The notes under the pieces were generated by a model. That model worked only from the letters and a program-made list of their open reading frames with translations, was not told where the DNA came from and ran no database searches. 64,000 nt of DNA, taken from positions 85,560,001 to 85,624,000 of the forward strand of contig NC_086098.1 in the NCBI RefSeq assembly GCF_963921235.1. The letters are read 5' to 3'. The DNA is from Mobula hypostoma. Lineage: Eukaryota. Of this stretch, positions 48,301-64,000 are shown piece by piece (the stretch's first letter is position 1; each line of letters begins with the position of its first letter). The position numbers and the translations under genes are program-made.

Positions 48301-49500
48301 TTGCTTGTCACTCTTATTTTTTCATTTCAAGCCCCGTATCCAATCACTTTACTCGGTCTTACTCACCTCTACCCATTTACTCATCATTTCACTTGCGCTG
48401 TGGATTCACCCCTTCCCCCCCCCCCCCCATATGAGATTCAAGCAGAAAACCATTAGGTGCCATTTTTGGGCATGGCCTTTGGTAGACTTGAGGGATTATG
48501 GAGCTTACTGCAACATCTATCATGTTCTGAGCTATATTAAAATGAATGTCATTCATCCCTGAAGTTATTTGTGTGATACATGACCACCACGGACAGCCAC
48601 ATATATTACACTGATAGCTTGAGTGTGTGTTTGACAGTATAGGATTTACACTGACTTCTGCTTGGTGATGTTTAAAGTTATTAACTGGAATCTGTCAGGA
48701 ATGTACAGTGGTCTTTGATCATTGGCAAATACTTTATTGTAGTACTTTTTTTGAGCTTCACTTTGAGTACTGCCTTTGACAGTTTTATTAGAATCTTTTG
48801 GTTAAATACCACCATCTTAAGCCCATCACCCCTACTAGGGCATAGACCAAGGAAAGTAGCTCGCCAGAGGCCTCTTTTCTGGTCTGATAGAAAAGTTTAA
48901 TTGGCTCTGAAGCTTCCACTTTTGCCACCCAACTTCATATGTCTTGCCGAAGATCCTTCCCCTTCAAGGAATGAGGTCTTTGTTGCCGTTTTTGTAGCTG
49001 TGGGTTTTTGCGTGATGCAGTTGCTGGTCCCGTGTCCAACCCTCCTCCTTTTGCAGCCATAGGACCATCTGTGGCGGAGGTTTGGTTAGATATATTAGAC
49101 AAGAACATATTTGACAAGAACAAATTCAGTGCAGCTGAGCTGTGAAAGCAATTGCATTGTTACCTGTAAAAGCTGATGCCTCAGAAAAAATAATATTTGG
49201 AATTCTGTCCTACAGTTGAATATGTGCTGTTTTTCAAAGGCACAGTCTTCAAAGTTTCAATGGTGGTTGCCTAAGTATCTGTCACAATGGACTGTGCATT
49301 CTGTTGTAGGAGAACGAACAGGGGTTTTCAGTCAGTTTTGCATAATTTTATGCCTCCGACACCCATCCTAAATTATAAGATTTTTTCCTATTTCAGATGA
49401 ATGTTTATTGAAAAAATTCCATTGATTTGGGTAGCATTCTTGTTCAACATATAAACAGCGTAGTCAAGAACTTGAGCGATGTGTTCTGCATCTGTCATTT

Positions 49501-49699
49501 ATACGAGATTCTGCAAATGCCGGAAAAATTGAGTAACACCCACAAGTCGCTGGAAGATCTCAGCAAGTCGGGCAGCATCTGTGGAGGGGAATAAATAAGC
49601 CGATGTTTCGCTCTCTGTCAGCTCAGAACCTTTACTGTTCATTCCCCTCCATAGATGCTGTCTGATCCACTGAGATTTTGCAGCATCTTGTGTGTTTTA
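49501..49699. repeat. Palindromic Penelope-terminus insertion
   Basis: Inverted GCAGCATCT.TGGAGGGGAAT arms; diverged TSD CATCTGTCATTT / CACCTATCATTT. Confidence 0.7.
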
Positions 49700-50454
49700 C
49701 ACCTATCATTTGTTTTTCTCAGTCACTTTATATTTAAGGTCTCTTGTACTTCAGTTAACTAATCTTAGTATCCTTCAAAATCATTAAAAGGTTATATGCA
49801 GTTAATACATTGTGAGCTGAATGTGATATCAGTGTGAATTTGTCAAATTCCTCAACCTCTGCAGTGAATCCAGATGCATGCAATTAGAAACATAGAATCG
49901 TAATTCCCCACAATTTTTTTCCTGCTCCCACCTTTAGACGTGATTGTACATTTCCGTTTTCTATGCAGTTTTATTTTCTAAACTGCCTTTGGAAATATGC
50001 AAATATTTAAACGTTGTTACTTAGAGGAATAGTCAGAACCTTTTGATTTTTGCATGGATCTTTGTCAGGTGCATTATAGAATTTACAGTATACTTGTACT
50101 CCAAGCAACTTAAAAGGATGTGTTTACACTGAATAATTTCTTTTGTGAACTTAGTATTAGAGAGTGTTCAAACTGCCTTTTGATATGTCAGTGTTTAAAA
50201 TTGAAAATACTGGCTTGTGGCTATGTAATGCTTTGGTTGTTTCTGCCTCAAATTGTCCTAGTAGTGCTAAAAGAGTATAGCCATGGCATTGTAGTAAAGG
50301 GGAAGGTGTTAAGCTTCAGAACTTGCAATTAAACGTGGAGTTTCTTTCCTTTCCTTGGGCTAAATATATATTTCTGATGTGCAACCTTAATCAATGTAAC
50401 TCCTGGACTATCCATTGGGACTGTGCAGGACTGCTAGTCTGAGTTTAATCCTAA

Positions 50455-50895
50455 CTATCAATAAGATTGAAAGAGTCCAGAGAAAATTTACAGGGATGTT
50501 GCCCGGACTTGAGGACCTGAGTTATAGGGAAAGGTTGAATAGGTTAGGGCTTAATTCCCTGGAGCATAGGAGAATGAGGGGAGATTTAATAGAGGTATAC
50601 AAAATTTTGAGGAGTATAGATCAGGTAAATGTAAGCAGGCTTTTTCCAGTGAGCTTGGGTGAGACCAGAACTAGATCTCATGGGGTGAAGGGTGAAAATT
50701 TGAAGGGGGAGCTTCTTCACTTAGGGTGGTGTAAGTGTGGAGTGAGCTGTCAGCCGATGTGGCGGATGTGGATTGGACTGCAAAATTGAAGAGAAGTTTG
50801 GATAAGTACATGGATGGAAGACGGAGGGCTAAGATGCAGGTGTAGATGGATTGAAGGGCCTGTTCGGTGCTGTAGTTCCCAATGACTCTATGACT
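50455..50895 (+). mobile_element. CR1 LINE 3' fragment
   Basis: IERVQRKFTGMLPGLEDLSYRERLNRLGL.SLEHRRMRGDLIEVYKI; ATGACTCTATGACT tail. Confidence 0.88.
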
Positions 50896-52279
50896 TTGTT
50901 CTGGCTGTAGTTTTCATAAAATATTGCGTTATAAAATATTAGATCTGCATCTCGTGTTAAAAGAATTAAAATCATAAACCCACTTTGACCTCTGTGAGTA
51001 GTGATGATTTATTTTGAAGGATTATCACTGTATTACTGTAGACAGCACAGCAGCCACTTTGCAAAAGCAAACTCCTACACTGTAATGTGATAATTCTCTG
51101 TTAGATAATAGCAGAAGGTAAATGTTGGCCAAGAAACCAGAGAACTTCACCTGCTCTTCAAAATGATGGTACAGGAGTTTTTTCTTCTCTGCAGGAATGC
51201 AGACCGGTGCTGTCTGTGGAGAAACTGGAGGAATCCCTCTAACAGAGCACTTGAGCAGACTGGCAACGGAAAGTCAGTCTAGATTTTGGAGTGGGATTTA
51301 ACCCTATGCTCTGTAGGTCAGTCACAGTCTATGACAGGCATCATCTAAGCCATAACTTGTACCTTATTTTGACAGATAAATAATTTACCAATGTTTTTCA
51401 TTTCTGTGTCATTTTCTCTTTCACATGTCAGAACAGCAGTCTATATTTAGTGCTTCCTGTAGGAATCATAGATATGCTAGCTATTATGTGCTTATTGTAT
51501 AGAAGTTCTGACCCAAGCCTCCTATTCTGCAAAGGCAATTAATTTACAAAAAAACAACTGTGGATGCTGGATATTTGAAATGGTCAACAATGATTTGTAA
51601 GTATTCAGCAGCAGTTGTGGGGAGAGAAAAAATTGACTTTTATTCAGTTTATCCAGGGTTTTCCTTCTGATGAATATTAAACAATACCGTGTCCTACTTG
51701 TGAATAGTTTTGCTCTCCTAGTGGTACATTTTCCACACTATACTTTTTCCAAGATATCCCATTGTTGGGAGGAGAGCCAGTGATGAATGGTCATTAAGAT
51801 AACATCATTACTTAAGAATAAGGTGAGAACTTGGGCTAAGTTTCATTCCACAGAGATCTATCCATTCTTGTTTACTTCTTGCAAAAGTCACTGGATAGTG
51901 GAAAGCAAGGGGCTTCCAAGGTATGATTTATTCTGCTAACTTGGAGTACCAGTGCATCATCAATCAGTGTCTGCTGAGTGGTACAACATTGTCGAGAAAT
52001 GACTGAGATTGTAGACGACAGTGCTTTCAGCTACAAGACCAAGGCAGGAAGCCAATTGGCCCTATGAACATGTTGAATCCCTCAGTTTGATCATGTCCCG
52101 TCAATCTTTACTGAGGATGCGTTCCTCGAAGGTGGAGCGCTATGTAAATCAGTGCTCTGCGGGGTCATTATAACATTACATAAATGGACATGTGTACCTC
52201 ATAGAAAAAAAATCAAACCCAGGATATATGATATATTATTTTGTGTATACACAGTAATTTGTGGAGTAACAAACACACA

Positions 52280-52730
52280 AATAGGCCTAACCTGTACATC
52301 CGTGGAGCAGCAACATACCACAGCAGCAGTGGAGGGATGGGGCTGGTGGGTACATCTTAGAGGAGGGACCGGGCTGTGGGTCCTCCTCTAACTTAGACTT
52401 CTTCAAGTAGGCATCGACATTTGACTGCCTTTTCTTAAGTTTCCTCTCAGGAAGCAGTTCTCGGTAGCAGGAAATCATGTCAAGAACAGTCCTCTTTGCC
52501 TTATTGCTTTGCACCCAGTCAGGGTCACTCTGATCGTCAATGTAGCCAATTTCGAAAAGTGCCAACATCAATCTGACGCTCACCAGCTTCCAAACACTGT
52601 ATCATTTGCAGTTCCACATCCATGTTAATACTTTTCCTAGACTTCTTAGATGTACTACCCTCACTGGAAGTTGCAGGATTTATGGTTGCAAATGGAATAA
52701 ATTGGCGAGGGAGCCAGAACGCTTCCACAT
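52280..52730 (-). mobile_element. Tigger/pogo transposase relic, internally deleted
   Basis: KKSRKSINMDVELQMIQCLEAGERQIDV (CENP-B/psq HTH start) joined to the C-terminal CYRELL..RK..KRQSNVDAYLKK. Confidence 0.7.
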
Positions 52731-53094
52731 GTGGGGGAGGCAGTGTGAACTACAATGTAATAGGCTCTGAGTGGCTATTGGGGGTGGGATAGTGCAACAG
52801 GGGGAGTGTCAAATATGGGCTGCCTTTAATGAAACTAGATGTAACAGAGGTTCAAGAATTTCAGCATAATTTTTCTGCTTTTCTATGTTAGAAACAAAGC
52901 CACCACTACATTTATGTTACCTTGGCTTTTACTGATCTGTAACTGCAACCAGGTGAGTAAAGCTTAAATGATTTTAAGCCAGATATCCCTTTGAACCGAG
53001 TGCTTAACTTTCAGCTAGTTCTTTTTGGACAGGCATCAGCTATACAGTGATAATCTAAATTATATATATTTTTGAAACAGGACTGAATTGTTAA

Positions 53095-59089
<5,995 letters not shown>

Positions 59090-60675
59090 TAACTGTGATA
59101 TTGATGAAGATACTAAATTGCCTGTATTGTCCAGAAGTGCCATGCTAGTGCAACATCTGCTTATCTGTGCTGGCCTGAATGTCATAGAACTGTTATTGGT
59201 AAAGGAAAAGCTGATGACTTACTAGGTTATAGGAAATAATTACAAGGTAATATAGACCATGGCTATTCTGAATTTGGACTTGTGTACGGTCTTGTAAGTG
59301 GTAATGTCACGGTTGCGCAGAACTGACTGTCCACAGGAACAAGATGTACTTGCCTTTGTTTCCTTGATCAGTATCTTACAGAGAGTTATGTGACACAGCG
59401 TGCTTTTCTCTGAAACTGGTTATACAAGACAGCAACTCTCTTGTGCAAGAGTATGTTTGTGTGGAGTTGGGCTTTCTCTACTTTCCACTCTCTTTCCTAC
59501 TACTGCTAGTAAAGTAGACCAGCCGTTACTTTACTCCAGTGCAGTCAGGAAACAGAATCTTTGCTCACCTGTATTAGAGGGTCTATGAGAGTGATAATAC
59601 TGAAAATTTTGGAGATACAGACAGATAATAATAAGTGATTAGCTATTCGGGATGGGAATAAAGCTTGGATTCAGTACCCAATATGAAGAAACACTTGGGT
59701 GGAAATCTTTCTTCAAGAGTACCATGGAGGCTCAATGCATCAGTAAAATTCAAGACAGATTGTTAGACTTTTGGATATTAAAGATTTTGGGATTTGGTGT
59801 GGGAAATTGGTGTTGAGGGAGAGAACAGCCTGGCCATCAATGAATGGTGTAGCAAGTGTGAGGGGCCAATTGTCCTATTCATGTTTTTTCTTACTTTAAG
59901 GACACTGTGGGATTGTTTTATATCCCTCCAGTGGACAGTTTACATTCTCAAATGACCAATGATAACTTGGCTAATGCAGCATTCCCTCAGTTGCCACTTG
60001 AACAATGAAGAGAAGATTTTAAATTTGAAGTTGTTTTGCAATCATTTTAGGAGTTTTCATTCTCCCTGTGACCATATGGATCTCCTCTGGGTGCTCTGGT
60101 TTCCTCCTGTATCCCAGAAGACATAAATGAAGGGAAATGAATGTGATGAGGCACATAATAAAAAGCAGCTACTTCTTTTGCTTATGGGTTGGGTTAATTG
60201 TTAAGTTGTATGTTGGTGCCTGGTAGAATTTGGGAGGAGCTGATACAAGGTTCTTTCAGAAGTCTAGAAAGAGGCATAAACTTGTTGCTTAATGATTGTT
60301 TTAGTAAGTAATAATAGAACAAAGAGAATTGGAAATGGAGTAGCAGTAAGTCTAAGAACAAAGAGGGAAGGAATGGAAAAGAGCAAAGATGGTGGGCCAA
60401 GTTGTTTAGCCTTTCTTATACCATAGATAAGCATATTCCATTCAAATATGTAGATAAGAGTTAACCAATCAGATAGCCCCTATTCAAGTAATGTGATACC
60501 AGAGAAGCTTCCTTAATCATACAAAGAACAGTAAGCATTTGAGACACTGAAAAACTGCATATGGTGACCGCTAGGAAGCATAATAAACAGTTACATGTAT
60601 ATAAGTAGTTATATAAAATGCAAGCAGGCATGTAGTGTTAAACTGCACAGAAGGTAACAATTATACAGTCTCATC

Positions 60676-60867
60676 CAGGGATTGGCAACCTTTTTGCCTC
60701 TGTGGGTCGGATCGCATATTAATGAGCAGACGGTGAGCCAGATAAATGCCATAAAAAAACTTGAAATATGGGAATTGTCCATTTAAATACATCTAGTTAT
60801 GTTTTGCCTCAAATTAATGAATAATGCATGCTAGAAAATCATTTGTGCTTAAGGTTGCCTACCCGTG
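60676..60867. mobile_element. hAT-type MITE (192 bp)
   Basis: TIRs CAGGGATTGGCAACC / GGTTGCCTACCCGTG; 8-bp TSD GTCTCATC / GTCTAATC. Confidence 0.8.
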
Positions 60868-60882
60868 GTCTAATCCAACAGA

Positions 60883-61004
60883 GGAAAGCTACAATTGCAA
60901 ACTGATGATATCACCGTCCACTTAGTTATGATATTGGTTGAAGTTCAACCAATATCACAGTTAAATGGATGACCCTATCATCACTTTGTAATTGCAACTA
61001 TTCC
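60883..61004. repeat. Imperfect 122-bp palindrome
   Basis: Perfect 14-bp arms TGATATTGGTTGAA / TTCAACCAATATCA around 60943, extending with mismatches to about 60 bp per arm. Confidence 0.8.
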
Positions 61005-61604
61005 TAATGTCCTGGTTGAATGATGATATCTCTTTCCCAGGACACCGGGGAGACCTTGGCTGCAAACCAAGGTTACATGTTGAAGTGCAACAGACAAGGT
61101 GTTGTGTTGGATAAACTCAGCAGGTCAGGCAGCATCTATATTCAGACCAGATGAAAGATCTCGACCCGAAATGTCTGTCCATTTCCCTTCATAGGTGCTG
61201 CCTGACCCACTGAGTTTCTCCAGCATTTTGTGTTCAGCTTCTGATTCCAGCATTTACAATCTTTTGTTCAAGTGTGAAGTGGGGCTTAAAATCCAGAAGA
61301 AGGTGTCGTTGGCAATATCTAAGTCACATCAGACTGTATATTCCAGACAAGAAAAGCCATGATTTGATTTTTTTTGGGTGGCTTGGTAGCATAGTGGTTA
61401 ACGTAATGCTATTATGGACCTGGATTCAGTTCCACTGCTGTCTGAAATGCTGCAGGTTCTCCTCATGACCCTGTGGGTTTCCTCTGAGTGCTGCGGTTTC
61501 CTCCCACATTCCAAAGACCTATGGCTTAGTAGGCTTTAATTGGTCACAAGAGTATAATTGGGCAATGCGGGCACTTTGGGCTGGAAGTGTCTGTTGGATA
61601 GATA

Positions 61605-62180
61605 AATACCTTATTAATCCCAAAGGAAATTACAGCATCACAGTAGCATTACAAGTGCACAGAATTTAGAAGAGAAATAGAAAGAATAAAAAATAAGTTA
61701 CCACAGTCTAACAGGAGGGGGGGTTTAACAGTCACTTCCCCGACTGTAGGTTGACTAATTATAGAGCCCAATGACCAAGGGTAAGAATGGCTTCATATAG
61801 CATTTTTTTGGAGCATTGCAGTTGTCTCAGTGTATTACTAAACGTGTTCCTCTTTTTACCCAAGGTGGCATGCAGAGAATGAGAAACATTGTCCAGAATT
61901 GCCAGGATTTTCCGTAGGGTCCTTTGTTTTACCACAGCCTCCAGTGTGTTCATTTTAACTCCTATAACAGAGCCAGCCTTTTTAATCAGCTTATTGAGCC
62001 TGTTGGCATTACGCATGTTGATGCCATTGTCCCAGCACACCACCATATAGAAGATTGCACTGGCGACAACAGACAGGTAGAACGTGAAGGAGAGGCTTGC
62101 GTACTCCAGAGGACCTCAGTCTCCTCAGGAGGTAGAGGTGACTGTGGCTCTTCTTGTCCTCAGCCTCTGTGTTGTATCCC
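61605..62180 (-). mobile_element. Rex/Babar-type LINE 3' fragment inserted in a V-SINE (SINE head at ~61375)
   Basis: VVCWDNGI...NRLNKLIKKAGSVIG...ILDN.SH.LH. Confidence 0.78.
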
Positions 62181-62233
62181 TAAATAATAAAAATAATACG
62201 TTTTTTAAAAAAAGAGGAAAGGAAATGTTGACA

Positions 62234-62376
62234 CGAGGAAATCTGCAGATGCTGGAATTTCAAGCAACACACATAAAAGTTGCTGGTGAACGCAGCAGGC
62301 CCGAAACATCGACTGTACCTCTTCCTAGAGTTGCTGCCTGGCCTGCTGCGTTCACCAGCAACTTTTATGTGTGTTG
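62234..62376. mobile_element. Penelope-terminus mini-insertion with 37-bp perfect inverted arms and 15-bp TSD
   Basis: Arms 62265-62301 and 62340-62376; TSD AAGGAAATGTTGACA at 62219-62233 and 62377-62391. Confidence 0.88.
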
Positions 62377-63274
62377 AAGGAAATGTTGACATTGGGGAAA
62401 GTACAGACACTGAATTTTGTCAGCAAAGTGACCTAACAACTTTGTCAACATAGTTAAATAAAAATACATTTTTTTGTATTGCTGAGACCCATGAATGGAA
62501 GTGTGCAATTGATCTTCTCTTCAGTTTCTGAAAACCCAGAAAAATATTTTGCCACTGCCTAAACTTTTGCTGGGCATGTGTATTGCAACTCCTCTCATTC
62601 TGAGCTGTTGAGAAGCTTGCCATCTACAGTACGTTTAAGAAGGGATAGTAGCTGCCTTTTATCAGAAACATATAAACATAAGAGATTCTACCTTTATACC
62701 AAAAGCCAAGAAAAAACCTATTTTATTGCTTGTGCAAAATGCTTGTATGGTCATGTGATCATCTAAAGCAAACATGCACTTGTAATGGTGATGGCCGCAA
62801 ACTTGAATTTGGGTTCTTTGTTCCAGCAGTGGCTGGACCAGTTATTCTTCTAAGTGTGTAGCATGTTCTTATTTTTAATTAATCACCATGTACATTGCAA
62901 AGCTGCTGTCAAAAAAAAATCAACATTTCTTGAACTGCACTCTGCAAAGTGTTAATTATTACTGAAACTTTATATAAAAAAAAACAACTTGCAAAGTGCT
63001 TGAGCCCTCTGTGTGGGGAGAACTGCAGCAAATCTGGAGCAGGGTTCTTAGCTGAACTCCTGGGTTGCCCTCCTGGGTGCTTGGTCTGTGCTTCCAGAGA
63101 CAAAAAGAATGAGATTTGTTTTTATACTCAGATATTCTAATGCACTTTACAATTCATGAAGTACTTTTTCAAAATTGTGAATATAGGAAATGTGCAATTT
63201 ATGAAAAGTACAAATAAAATAAATCCCAGAAGGATAATGTGCTAAAAATCAGATTATTTTTGGTTGCTTTCATT

Positions 63275-63725
63275 AGAACATTGTAGAGCAATGTTGTGCC
63301 GACCTTTTAACCTACTCTATGATCAATCTAATGCTTTGCCCCCACAGAGCCCTCTTGTTTTCTTTCATCCACCTGCCGGTCTAAGGGTCTCTGAAATCTT
63401 CCAAATATATCTATCCATACTACCACCCCTAATAGTATATTCTATCAATTTCTGTGTTTTAAAAAAACAATACCTCTGGCGTTCCCCCATGCTTTCTTCT
63501 AATCACCTTAAAATTATGCCCTCTTGTATTAGCCATTTCTGCCCAGAAAAAGGTGCTGTCTGTCCACTCTATCTATGCCTTAAATTACCTCTATCAAGTC
63601 ACTTCTCATCCTCCTTCACTCCAAAGAGAAGAGCCCTGGATCGTTACCTCTTCTCATAAGACATGCACTCTAATCCAGGCATAGCATGATAAATCTGCCC
63701 TGCACCCTCTCTAAAGCTTCCACGT
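63275..63725 (-). mobile_element. CR1 LINE 3' fragment
   Basis: Same pattern as the 10587 and 43138 copies. Confidence 0.65.
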
Positions 63726-64000
63726 TCTTAAGATATTCAACCAGAATTGAGTGCAATGCTCAGTTAATTTCAACAATCTAAGTAACTTCTGGTTGAAAGG
63801 TAAAGGTTGTCCAGGTCATCTGGCGAAGGGTCTCAACTCGCCTTTGAAGTAATGATGTGGGATCTTTTACATTCACCTCATGATTCAAATAGGGTCTTGA
63901 TTTAATATCTTACTTGGATGTCAGTGAGTCCAACAATGCAGTACTCCCTTGCTTCTGTAATGGGAATGAGTGCCTGGAATACGTGTTCATGTCTCTGGAG

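Overview
Eukaryotic (vertebrate) genomic DNA, not prokaryotic. The repeat landscape (V-SINEs, Deu-SINEs, CR1, Rex/Babar, Penelope-like elements, fish-type L1) suggests a cartilaginous fish, probably a ray; this is an inference. I reconstructed three spliced genes by hand, with GT-AG boundaries and consistent phases. (1) A complete 8-exon GPATCH11 on the minus strand (46456->22840). (2) The 5' part of HEATR5B on the plus strand, head-to-head with GPATCH11 across a CpG-island promoter. (3) The 5' end of a dsRNA-binding-motif gene on the minus strand (ATG 10567) with an ISRE in its CpG-rich promoter, most likely EIF2AK2/PKR by synteny, but oriented opposite to the human arrangement. Most of the rest is transposon-derived: a full-length L1 with a 17-bp TSD in the last GPATCH11 intron, an RTE LINE with TSD, hAT, Tc1 and Tigger elements, a solo LTR, a Gypsy protease relic and a possible retrovirus-like pol relic. 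The most notable signal is that the very abundant Penelope-derived terminal repeat carries a minimal hammerhead-ribozyme motif (CAGTC-CTGAYGA-stem-GAAA-C-GTC-GACTG). It repeatedly inserts as short TSD-flanked palindromes, including a near-perfect 232-bp hairpin with a hammerhead on each strand just upstream of GPATCH11 exon 6. I found no CRISPR arrays, rRNA or tRNA genes. Most ORFs in the supplied track are repeat fragments.
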